Assembly: GCA_964016885.1 (NCBI GenBank)
Contig: OZ024748.1
Span: 30,132,001-30,196,000, forward strand
Length of the DNA: 64,000 bases
Direction of reading: 5' to 3'
Source: Eledone cirrhosa
Taxonomy: Eukaryota
Shown here: positions 40,978 through 54,455 of the stretch, piece by piece
Position numbering within the stretch: position 1 is the stretch's first letter
Layout: the number at the start of each line of letters is the position of its first letter
Translations under genes and position numbers: made by a program
Notes under the pieces: generated by a model
What the model was told of the DNA's origin: nothing
The model's database searches: none
Seen by the model: only the letters and a program-made list of their open reading frames with translations

Positions 40978-43896
40978 GTATATGTATGTATATATGTATG
41001 TATATATGTATATATATAAATCTATGTATATATGTATATATGTAATTGGAAAATGTATGACCCCGACGGCAGAGCTCAAGCCGTTTCGACGGCTATTTCT
41101 GGACGTTATATATACATACATATATGGTGGCTGCCAACTCGTTTTCGAGTACGGCCACTACTTTATATCCATGTAGGAGAACCCCTACTGATGCGCTGAA
41201 CGAGTGTGACTTTTTAGTCCAGCCAGCGACTTGAAAACTCTGGTACAAACACTACACTTGTGACAATTCTTGACACATAGTGCTGGGCCCATGGTACCAT
41301 GTGATGACAAGTGCAGAGAGATCTCCAGATATATAGCAATGCCTGTGCCGTGAAGATTTTATAGTGAGCAAAGGCACTGCACAAAGCCAGTCCCACTCTC
41401 TTAACCAAGATGATATTTACCAAAAAGAAGAACAAGTCAACATCATTGGATACCATCAGGGTTGCAGGTGTTATATCAGAGTTTTCCTTCTCTTAGAATT
41501 CTGCCTTGACAAAGGCTAAGGGGTCATCTCTCCCGGTGATTTTGGATGGCCAGCCATTGACTCTTAAGAGCTCTTTGCCCTTTGACAGGTTTTGTTTTTA
41601 GTCCTGCGGGATGTCCAAAGTCACCCTCCTCACCAAGAAACCTTGGTGGGGTTGCCAGTTTAGTCGCCAACGACCCGACCATGAGACAGGTTGTACTGGG
41701 ATACATGTTACCAGTAGCACCAACTGGTGGCCTGACATACATACATACATAAATAGATACACACATACATACATGAATAAATACATACATATAACTGCAT
41801 GTACATGTTCGGATACAAAGCATATACACATGCACACATAACTCAAAGCATACACATCCACACATACAATAACATCCATACCTACACACACATGCTTACA
41901 GACATACATATCTACCTAGTTGATGTTGTGTAAATTCCAATGAGAGAGTCTTGTGTCTATGTAATAATTTATAAAATTATAAAACCAGAAAAACATACAT
42001 ACACACACACACACACACATACACATATATACATACATGATGGCTGCCCCCTCATTATCGAGTATGGCCATTGCACGATATAACATTATTAATAATTATC
42101 AATTAAGCTATAGTGCAATGCCTGTGCGTGAAGGTATTTTTTAAAGTGAGGAAAGACTGTGCACTGAGCCAATCCCACTGTCTGAGCAACAGTCGCTATA
42201 ACCCGAAAAGAAGAAAAGATCAACATCATCGGTAACTACTGAGCTGTAGGTTTTATATCAGAGTTATCCCAGTTTCCTGAGTTGCCTTCTCCTAGAAGAA
42301 TGCCCTGACAAGGGCTAGGGGTCCTTCACTCCAAGTGGTTTAACTGCGCGATTGGGTATCCAGCCCGACTATTTCTATGGCGCCGCACATATATACACAT
42401 GTATACATGTATATACATATATACATACACATACATATGTACATGTATAATATACATATTTACACATTTTGGGATGGCCGTTCACTCTTATCAGTTCTTC
42501 CACCCTTTGTCAGGTTTTGTTTTTTGTCCTGCAGGGTGTCCAAAATCACCCTCCTCATCAAGTAAACTTGGTGAGCTTGCCGGTTTAGTTGCTGACAACC
42601 CGACCATGTGACAGGTACTGTTACATGTTACCAGTAGCACTCGAGAGTGACCCACATACATACATATATACGTGTATATATATGTATATATATCATCATC
42701 ACCGTTTTACGTCCATTCTTCCACGCTAGCATGGGTTAGACAGGTTGTCCTGTTGTGGGCAGTGTCTGGTCGGCTGAGCATGCCTTGCTCATACAGGAAC
42801 TGATTTGGCTTGATTTCTACAGCTGGATGCCCTTCCTAACACCAACCTCAGTTACAGTGAGTGCTGGGTGCTTTTTCGTGGCCCCTACACGTCCAGTTTA
42901 CAGTGTGGGCTGGGTGCTTTTTTGCCGTGGCACCTCCACGACCACCTTGCGGTAGGGGCATATTGTCTATATGCTTCAGCTTGTACCCATGGGAGGTCGG
43001 GTACTCTGTATTACTGCGTGACGCTAGAGGTCACGGTCGTGTGTCATCGCCTTTGAGAGGTGTAATTGGGTAAGGCGGCTTTTATCACCTCATCCCAGGT
43101 CATCTTGGGTCTCCCCACTCCACGGTTTCCATCGACTTCTAGTGCTCTGCACCTTTTTATGCAGCTGTCATCCTTCATACGCATCACATGTCCATACCAG
43201 CGCAACCGCCTCTCCTGCACACAGCATTTGATTCCTCTTATGCTCAGTCTCTCTCTCAATTCATTTATGCTTTGTCGTTCGCGTATATTACTGTTACACA
43301 TCCATCGGAGCATGCAGGCTTCGTTTCTCTCTAATCTACGTAAGTCTTCCACCTTCAGCGCCCAGGTCTCACTACCATGCAACATCGCTGTTCGGATACA
43401 CGCATCATACAGTCTGCCTTTCATTTTGAGGGAGAAGCCTTTTGCAGCTAGCAGAGGTAGTAGTTCCCTAAACTTCTTCCATCCCATTCTTACCCTAGTT
43501 ATTGTACTTTCTGAACACCCACTTCCGCTGCTAATTCGGTCACCTAGGTAGCAGAAGCTGTCTACTGTTTCTACAGAGCCCTCCCAGAGATTGGTGGTAC
43601 TTGTTTCCTGTGGCTGTTTGCTGCTTGCTGTCCCAGCACAGCTGCTGCATTTGAAGCCTACATTCTTAATTAAGCTTCCTGAGATCCCGCTACATCTCTT
43701 GTGTACCCATTGTTTGCATTTGGGGCAGAGAATGGAGTTCCTACCTACACCTTTCCTACATACTGAGCAAGGCCATTTCCCTGAGAGGATCTGGGTTCTG
43801 TTTTCTCGTCTACTTACAAGGACCTTAGTCTTTGTCATGTTGACTTTGAGACCCTTTCTTTCTAGTCCCTGCTTCCAAGTTTGGAATTTCTTCTCT

Positions 43897-43941
<45 letters not shown>

Positions 43942-44596
43942 GTATATATGTATATGTATATATATATGTGTATATGTATATGTATAAATATATATGTGTA
44001 TATGTATGTATATATATATATGTGTATATGTATGTATATGTATATATATATATGTGTATATGTATGTATATGTATATATATATGTGTATATGTATGTATA
44101 TGCATATATATGTGTGTATATGTATGTATATATATATGTGAATATGTATATGTATGTGTATATATATGTGAATATGTATATGTATGTGTATGTGTATATA
44201 TATGTGAATATGTATATGTATATGTATGTATATATATATGTGAATATGTATATGTATATGTATGTATATATATATGTGAATATGTATATGTATGTATATG
44301 TATATATATATGTGTATATGTATATATGTATATATATATGAATATGTATATATATATATATGTATATATATATATGTGTATATATGTATATATATATGTG
44401 TATATATATGTGTATATATGTACATATATATGTGTATATATGTATATATATATGTGTATATATGTATATATATATGTGTATATATATGTGTATATATATA
44501 TATGTATATATATATGTGTATATATATATATATGTATATATGTGTATATATATATATATGTATATATGTGTATATATATATATATGTATATATGTG

Positions 44597-44627
<31 letters not shown>

Positions 44628-45040
44628 GTATATATCTGTATATATATATATGTATATATCTGTATATATATATATGTATATATGTGTATATATATATATA
44701 TATGTATATATGTGTATATATATATATATATGTATATATGTGTATATATATATATATGTATATATGTGTATATATATATATGTATATATGTGTATATATA
44801 TATATGTATATATGTGTATATATATATATGTATATATGTGTATATATATATATATATGTATATATGTGTATATATATATATATGTATATATGTGTGTATA
44901 TATATATATGTATATATGTGTATATATATGTATATATGTGTATATATATATGTATATATGTGTATATATATGTATATATGTGTATATATATATATATGTA
45001 TATATGTGTATGTGTATATATATGTATATGTATATATGTG

Positions 45041-45071
<31 letters not shown>

Positions 45072-45604
45072 GTGTATATGTATATATATGTATATATGTG
45101 TATATATGTGTATATGTATATATATGTATGTGTATATATGTGTATATATATATATATGTATGTGTATATATGTATATATGTGTGTAAATGTATATATGTG
45201 TGTATATGTGTATATATATATGTATATATATGTATGTGTATATATGTATATATATGTGTGTGTATGTGTGTATATGTGTATATATATGTGTATATATGTG
45301 TATATATCTATATGTGTATATATGTATATATATGTGTATATATGTATATATATGTGTATATATGTGCATATATGTATATATATGTGTATATATGTATATA
45401 ATATGTATATAATATGTATATATATGTGTATATATGTATATATATGTGTATATGTGTATATGTATATATATATATATATATGTGTATATGTATGTATATA
45501 TATGTATATGTATGTATGTATATATATGTATATGTATGTATGTATATATATGTATATGTATGTATGTATGTATATGTATGTATATGTATGTATATATATG
45601 TATG

Positions 45605-45638
<34 letters not shown>

Positions 45639-45810
45639 TATATATTGCCCCATCAATCAGTGAACTATACATAGGCCTCATCTTATCACCTATGACATGA
45701 CGTGAATAAGAATCAACGACTTACGTCAGTGAAGAAACCTACTTTGTCTTATGGCTGATTTCTGTCGTAGATAGGGTATGCCTCTCCTTCAACCCCAAAC
45801 ATTATATATA

Positions 45811-45845
<35 letters not shown>

Positions 45846-48242
45846 GTGTGTGTGTCTATATATAATAATTGTTTCTACATTAGGCACAAGGCCAGCAATT
45901 ACCCAGTGCATTACTGGTACTTTATTTTATCGACCCCGTAAGGATGAAAGGCAAAGTCAACCTCGGCGGGATTTGAACTCAGATCGTAAAGGGACGTAAC
46001 TATGTTGGAAAGCATGGCATCCGACCCTCTACTGATACTGCCAATCCACCGCCCACCGTGTCTGTATATAATAATATATGTGGACCTGACTAAATGGTAT
46101 CTCCCAATGAGGATGACAGACCGATTCACATCCCTACCCCACCCATAGCTCATACAGCACACTAATTCCTACCCCATCCATAGCTAATACAGCACACTAA
46201 TCCCTACCCCATCCATAGCTCATACAGCACACTAATCCCTACCCCACCCATAGCTAATACAGCACACTAATCCCGACCCCACCCATAGCTCATACAGCAC
46301 ACTAATTCCTACCCCATCCATAGCTAATACAGCACACTAATCCCTACCCCATCCATAGCTCAAACAGCACACTAATCCCTACCCCACCCATAGCTCAAAC
46401 AGCACACTAATCCCTACCCCATCCATAGCTCAAACAGCACACTAATCCCTACCCCACCCATAGCTCATACCGCACACTAATCCCTACCCCACCCATAGCT
46501 CATACAGCACACTAATCCCTACCCCACCCATAGCTCAAACAGCACACTAATCCCTACCCCACCCATAGCTCAAACAGCACACTAATCCCTACCCCATCCA
46601 TAGCTCATACAGCACACTAATCCCTACCCCACCCATAGCTCAAACAGCACACTAATCCCTACCCCATCCATAGCTCATACAGCACACTAATCCCTACCCC
46701 ATCCATAGCTCAAACAGCACACTAATCCCTACCCCATCCATAGCTCATACAGCACACTAATCCCTACCCCACCCATAGCTCAAACAGCACACTAATCCCT
46801 ACCCCATCCATAGCTCATACAGCACACTAATCCCTACCCCATCCATAGCTCATACAGCACACTAATCCCTACCCCATCCATAGCTCATACAGCACACTAA
46901 TCCCTACCCCACCCATAGCTCAAACAGCACACTAATCCCTACCCCACCCATAGCTCAAACAGCACACTAATCCCTACCCCATCCATAGCTCAAACAGCAC
47001 ACTAATCCCTACCCCACCCATAGCTCATACAGCACACTAATCCCTACCCCATCCATAGCTCATACAGCACACTAATCCCTACCCCACCCATAGCTCAAAC
47101 AGCACACTAATCCCTACCCCACCATAGCTCATACAGCACACTAATCCCTACCCCATCCATAGCTCAAACAGCACACTAATCCCTACCCCACCCATAGCTC
47201 AAACAGCACACTAATCCCTACCCCATCCATAGCTCAAACAGCACACTAATCCCTACCCCACCCATAGCTCATACCGCACACTAATCCCTACCCCACCCAT
47301 AGCTCAAACAGCACACTAATCCCTACCCCACCCATAGCTCAAACAGCACACTAATCCCTACCCCACCCATAGCTCATACCGCACACTAATCCCTACCCCA
47401 CCCATAGCTCATACAGCACACTAATCCCTACCCCACCCATAGCTCAAACAGCACACTAATCCCTACCCCACCCATAGCTCAAACAGCACACTAATCCCTA
47501 CCCCACCCATAGCTCATACAGCACACTAATCCCTACCCCACCCATAGCTCATACAGCACACTAATCCCTACCCCACCCATAGCTCAAACAGCACACTAAT
47601 CCCTACCCCACCCATAGCTCAAACAGCACACTAATCCCTACCCCACCCATAGCTCAAACAGCACACTAATTCCTATTATTTCTCAGACACACCACATATG
47701 TATGTGTACAAACAGTGAATTCATGAAATGATATCCTTTATTGAAATCAGTTTAGCAAACATTCATACATACACACCCATACAGTCATACACATACACAT
47801 ACTATCACATACCTATACAGTCACACACACACACATACAATCGCACACGCATACACACAAATAGAATCTCACACAGACACACCCATATAATCACTCCCAT
47901 GTACACACATCTATACACACACACACAGACACAATCTACACATAGCCATACAATCTACACACATACATTGATAACAAGTGGCTTAGTTATTTCCATGTAT
48001 CTCTAGGAATCCCAGTCCTTACTTAGTCACAACAGTCAATGTACTCTATCCTGTTTGACTTCAATATTTGACATTATCTGAGGTCGCTGACATAACACCT
48101 TGTATCTAGAAATATCTGAGGAAAAGCTGTTCTAATTATAATTAACTATTTACTTACTAAATATTCTGTCCCAAAGCCTAAACCACAGTGAATAAAAGAC
48201 TACCCCTTGATCAGGATACCAATTGATCTCAGTATGGTATAT

Positions 48243-48295
<53 letters not shown>

Positions 48296-48424
48296 AGATA
48301 AATAGATAGATAGATATATCTATCTATCTATCTATCTATCTATCTAACTATCCCCCTTTGTATTTGTCCCCTTCTTTTGTGCCCCTGTGGCTAATAAAGA
48401 AATATATCTATCTATCTATATATA

Positions 48425-48465
<41 letters not shown>

Positions 48466-51400
48466 GATTCTTTTTTTCAAATACCACTTTGGAAGAAGAA
48501 TCAGGATGGAGAGAGAGGTGCTGTACCCCAGCAAGTTTTATGAAAGGTGGGTGAAAGTGGCGAGAATGGCCCGAGTGAATGGGCCTTCTCTCTATATCAG
48601 CCTGTAGATTGAGGAAAAGGAAGAGGAGAGGAAAGGAGTACAAGCTCTTCGTACTCCTGGAGATGAGGGTTGCACATTTTTTTCGGGGGTATGTGTTACC
48701 CATATAAACTGTCTCCCTCTATTGGGGAAAATCGACTAACTTTTAAATTCCATCTGTGATAACATTTTACACGTTTTTATTGTATGTAAACTTCCCCCTT
48801 TGTATTTGTCCCCTTCTTTTGTGCCCCTGTGGCTAATAAAGAAATCTATCTATCTATCTATCTCTATATATAATGTAGGAGGTGAGTTTTATTGTAGTAC
48901 AGTAAAGCAATGCAGATATCGGATAAGAAGCACTCTACAGTTTGTGGGACTGGAGTATGCATAATATAAGATCAAAAGATGGTTAAAGGAGTTCCATATA
49001 TATTATTATGCGCATTTCAAAAACAAACATCATCAAGCAATAATATTTGTGTTTTCATCAGATAAAACAGGAGAACATGATATGAAGGCTAAAAAACACT
49101 TGTGGATAGTGCAGTTTTAAATCAACATAGATATGTTGATTTAAAACTGCACTATCCACAAGTGTTTTTTAGCCTTCATATCATGTTCTCCTGTTTTATC
49201 TGATGAAAACACAAATATTATTGCTTGATGTTGTTTGTTTTTGAAATGCGCATAATAAAATATATGGAACTCCTTTAACCATCTTTTGATCTTATATTAT
49301 CTCTATATATATATATATATATAGTATTTACGTATCGAGAAAGAGAGAAAAAGGAGGGATAGGTGGTACATATAGTTATTTGCCAAGTAGCGTATGCCAA
49401 AGGTGCTCGATACTAGTGCCGGCAGTATTAAATATTCGAAGTGTTAATATTTAGTGGGCTAGAGAGTTAGCAGAGCGTAAGCACGTGGAAAAGTAAAAAA
49501 TCGGAGAATAGACCGTTAAAACATGTTTATTTGAAATATCACCTACGTACGTTTCGCCCAGTTGGGCTTCTCAAGGGCATAAATAATCACAAGTGTTCCT
49601 TATATAGTTCGGAAAGAGCTTTGGGGGTTAAATCTACATCAAGATTCATTGCTCTAGAAACCCCCCCCCTCATAAAACTAACGTTATAGTAAGCCATACC
49701 TATAACCGATCACGCGGCGACCTCGTTGAAGTCGGATATAATAGAATAGATAACCGCACCAAAGATCACGTCCCCGGCGACGGTGAACACTGTAGATTAC
49801 TCAAACTATTCCCCTATTACAAAACCAACAAAGGCGACGGCCTACTACCAACGCCTTCCAACCAACATCTTCGTGTACATAAACATGGAAGAGGTAGAAA
49901 GAGTGCACCCGAGCATAAAGTGAAAGGGGTACCGAACGGGCGACAGCGCATTAACACACATAAGAGCGGTCACTTAGATGGAACCACCCGTAGCAAAAGT
50001 ACAAGGACACGTAATCGCCACCGTAACTTCCTATGGTTCCACCCCCCCCCCCCCCTACTCTCGGAGTGTGGCCTCCAACATACCCCGGATATTCTTCGAA
50101 GCCTTAGAGAAGAACTTCCCACCCAACCATAGGTATAGAAAAATTCTTAATAGGAACAATATAAAAATATCCTTCTCTACTACTCCTAACCTAGCAGACA
50201 TCATAGGAACAACGAACCACAGTAAGATCACCAAGACACAGCACCTCGACACAGACGCACCTACACCTGACAATAACTATATCGGCCTTAACAACTCCCT
50301 GACAGCATCCAATAGTGTTGGCAACGGCATCCGCAGACGCAACCAGAATGACCGCGAAGTGACTGGGGAACACGCAGAACATGACGTGCGGAATAACAAT
50401 CGCACCATCCCGCGTGCTGTGGGTTGTAATTGTGTTAACGACAGCTGCGGTAGCGTAGGTAACAACGTAGGCAGCAACAATGATAGCCTTACCGTGGGAA
50501 ATAGACGGAACCGCGACAGAAATTGCAACTGCCGCGACAGAGGACGCTGCCCCCTTAGAGGATACTGCTTGACTGATAGGGTTATATATAGATGCACTAT
50601 TACTAGCCACAATAGCGTTAAACATTATATAGGGGCCACCTCCGGCCCGTTCAAAATTAGGTTTCGAACACATCTCCACTCTTTCACAAATAGAAAACTA
50701 AGGCACTCCACTTCGCTCGCGGACTACATCACATCACTAAAGGACTTAAACATCAGCTTCTCCACGCACTGGGAGATTGTCGGCAGGGCTGCACCGTACA
50801 ACTTCAAGAGGAAATGCGATCTTTGCCTCATGGAGCTCTACCACATCATAACTGCACCCCACGAGCTCATCAACAGCAGAGCTGAAACAGCGATAAGTTG
50901 TACACATTGCTTAAAAATATCCTTCTTTAGATGGGTTAAGAATGAAGAGTGAAATAGTACACTGGATCTCCCTGCAACAAGTCTTAACACCCCGGCGGGC
51001 AGGCGCAGCAAAATAACACCCAGAAAACAATCCTTGCATACCAGACCCAGCCTCAGACAAACGGATGCGGCAAAAAAAAAAAAAAAAAAAATTATCCGGG
51101 AAAGACTGCCCTAACACCGGCCAGAGTTACCTCCCTTGACCTGCTGCAAAATCAAAACAAGATATTTTTGCGAGCAATGAATCTTGATGTAGATTTAACC
51201 CCCAAAACTCTTTCCGAACTATATAAGGAACACTTGTGATTATTTATGCCCTTGAGAAACCCAACTGGGCGAAACGTACGTAGGTGATATTTTAAATAAA
51301 CATGTTTTAACGGTCTATTCTCCGATTTTTTACTTTCCCACGTGCTTACGCTCTGCTAACTCTCTAGCCCACTAAATATTAACACTTCGAATATTTAATA

Positions 51401-51510
51401 CTGCTGGCACTAGTATCGAGAACCTTTGGCATACGCTACTTGGCAAATAACTATATGTATCACCTATCCCTCCTTTTTCTCTCTTTCTCGATACGTAAAT
51501 ACTATATATC

Positions 51511-51596
<86 letters not shown>

Positions 51597-52207
51597 TGGT
51601 GCCACAACATCCAGGCCGAAACAAATGAGATTGTGTAGGTGTCACGACAAAAAACAAACACACAGTCCACGCTGTAATGTGGCCGTGTAGGCAACACGGT
51701 AAAAACCTCCCAGTCCCACACTGTAAATGTGGTTGGTGTTAGGAAGGGCATCCAGCTGTAGAAAACCCGCCAGACAGTCCTATGCGAGGAAGACAACCAC
51801 TCTTGCCTCAAGTGGGAAAACTCCCGTCCAAACCCATGCAAGTGTGGAACATGGACGTTAAACGATGATGATGATAATGATGATGGCTTAGTGGTTAGAG
51901 CATTGGTCTTGCAATCGAAAGGTTGTGAGTTCAATTCTCAGACCGGGTAATGTGTTGTTTCCTTGAGCAAGACACTTTATTTCATATTGCTCCAGTTTAC
52001 TCAGCTGTAGAAATGAGATGATAGGGACTGGGGTCCATATCATTCCACTGCAAGGTGGTCGTGGAGGTGCCACGGCAAAAAAGCACCCAGCACTCACTGT
52101 AAATGAGATTGGTGTTAGGAAGGGCATCCAGCTGTAGAAATCAAGCCAGAATCAGTTCCTGTCACACCCTTGCAAACAGGGAAAAGCGGATGTAAAATGA
52201 AATGATG

Positions 52208-52275
<68 letters not shown>

Positions 52276-54420
52276 TGATTCAGTGAATTACTAGTGGTAG
52301 TACCAATATGAGCACTTGATACACAGGCAGTCTATATATGAGGTCAATAATCAATAAAAACATTGAAACAAAACTTTGTTTTTTCTTACTATATATATAT
52401 ATATATATATATATAACGAAGGAAATGTGGTAAGGAACCAGGTGGACCATAACGCACCAAAGTACTCAATACTTAGGGTAGTAGAGTGGGTAATAGGAAC
52501 GAGTAGGACCCTGACGGCTGAGCTCAAGCCGTTTCAACGGCTAATTCTAGTCCTGAATTAGCCGTCGAAACGGCTTGAGCTCAGCCGTCGGGGTCCTACT
52601 CGTTCCTATATATATATATATATCATCATCATCATTTTACGTCCGCTTTTCCCTGCTTGCAAGGGTGGGACGGGAACTGATTCTGGCTTGATTTCTACAG
52701 CTGGATGTCCTTCTTAACACCAACCTCATTTACAGTGAGTGCTGGGTACTTTTTTCTCGTGGCACCTCCACGACCACTGTGCAGTGGAATGATATGGACC
52801 CCAGTCCCTATCATCTCATTTCTACAGTTGAGTAAACTGGAGCAATGTGAAATAAAGTGTCTTGCTCAAGGAAACAACACATCACCTCGTCTGAGAATTG
52901 AACTCACAACCTTTCGATTGCAAGGCCAATGCTCTAACCACTAAGCCATGTGCCTCCATATATATAATGCTATATATAGTATATTACATATAGTATATCT
53001 GTTATATAATGTTATATTTATAATATATGTTTTAAAGTTTGTGTCAAAACTAAAGTCATCAGGTCAGAGTTTATCATATGCCAGTTTCATTTGTGTGAAA
53101 CAACTGAGAATACAAGATGTGACTCTGGACTTCACCTATGTCAACTTTGCCTTTTATCCTTATGGGGTCAATAAAATAAAGTACCAGTAATACACTGGGA
53201 TAATTGCTGGCCTTGTGCCAAAAGTAGAAAGGTTGTTATTGTTGTTGTTATTCCGCTTTTTGTGGAAGGGACGTGCTTCCATGGTCAGACAATCCATCTG
53301 CTCTTAGCACCCGTTGCGTGGAGGACTGGGTATGCCGTGGCTGATGATGCGCAAACACGCGCTGAGGCTGCGACATCTCTGGTAGTGGTACTTCCTTGAT
53401 GGTCAACAGGTGTGGTCTCTGTTTGCCAGATGTGTTTTTCCCCAACTTGTCTCATTAACGGAGCTACAGTCCTGGATCAGGAAAAAGACCGAGGGATAGC
53501 GCTTAGAAGCTGGAATGTCTCCAATAGCTCACAGCCTTCTACCAGCTTACCAGCTGGGCATTAGTATCGGTGGAACATCCACCTCGGCATTCTATAGAGG
53601 ACTATTGGAAGGGAAGAACGACAACGTTCTTGGGGAGACAGCTGGGCGTCGATGACGATCAGCTGTTCGATCTCTTCGGGAGAACTTTCAGCCCGGCGCC
53701 TCTGGACAACTTTCAGAAATCCCTGGCCTGGCAATGCTACCGGGGAGCATTGCCAGTTCGAGATAAGCTCTACAGGCACGGAAGTGTCGTCAACCAAACC
53801 TATCCGAGATGTGCACAGAGCAACGAAACCGTTGTGCACGCATTTGTTCAGTGTCCGAGCATTGCTGACTTGTGGAGCTATGTCAAACATTTGCTGTCAC
53901 GTGTAGGATGGATCCGGTTATCGACCGAATCCATTGTGCAGATAGCCCCGCCGTCCTCCTTTAAGGAGAAGGAAGGGCAGGCATGCTGGCCATGGCGAAA
54001 GAGATTATATGGTGGATAAGGTTGAAAGGATTGAAGATGGACACTTTCCTCGTCGGTGAATCCCTGATTAACTTTTTCATATTTCACTTGAAGAGGAAAA
54101 TCAGGGTGGAGAGGCAAGTGCTGGCTTCTAGTAAGTTTGTTGAATGGTGGGTGAAAGTGGCGAACCTGGTCCAAATGAATGGGCCCGTTCTAAGTATGCT
54201 CCTGTAGACAGAGGAGTGGGAGAACTGAGAGAGGGTGCTTGCCCTGGTGGTCAGGGTGGCCGTGGTCTTTTGTGTGGTTTTCACCATGAGTGACTCTTGG
54301 AGGTTTCCCCCTATTTGGGGAAATTTTGTTGTTTTAATTTTTTTGATTTGTTTTTACACATTTCTATCTTCTTGCTTTTCTTCATGTTAGCTCTTGTGGC
54401 CAATAAAGAAAGCATTATTA

Positions 54421-54455
<35 letters not shown>

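Larger units (their letters stand above)
48875..49300. mobile_element. Fold-back element of the 31313 family: ~86-bp leader plus 169-bp arms with a 2-nt spacer
   Basis: 48961-49129 versus 49132-49300; leader shared with 31313-31398. Confidence 0.85.
49320..51505 (+). mobile_element. 5'-truncated Penelope-like element with inverted pLTRs (49320-49654 / 51172-51505)
   Basis: ~334-bp inverted termini in (TA)n, internal GIY-YIG ORF; the pLTR has TATATAAG, a hammerhead and AATAAA. Confidence 0.9.

Noticed and set aside
43591-45700. Long Y/I/M/C/H-rich ORFs (also at 14692-17093, 37528-37889, 40467-41176)
   Set aside because: Translations of (TA)/(TG) microsatellites
46131-47674. Interstitial telomere
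   Set aside because: No tandem TTAGGG; only a partial motif within a 35-bp unit
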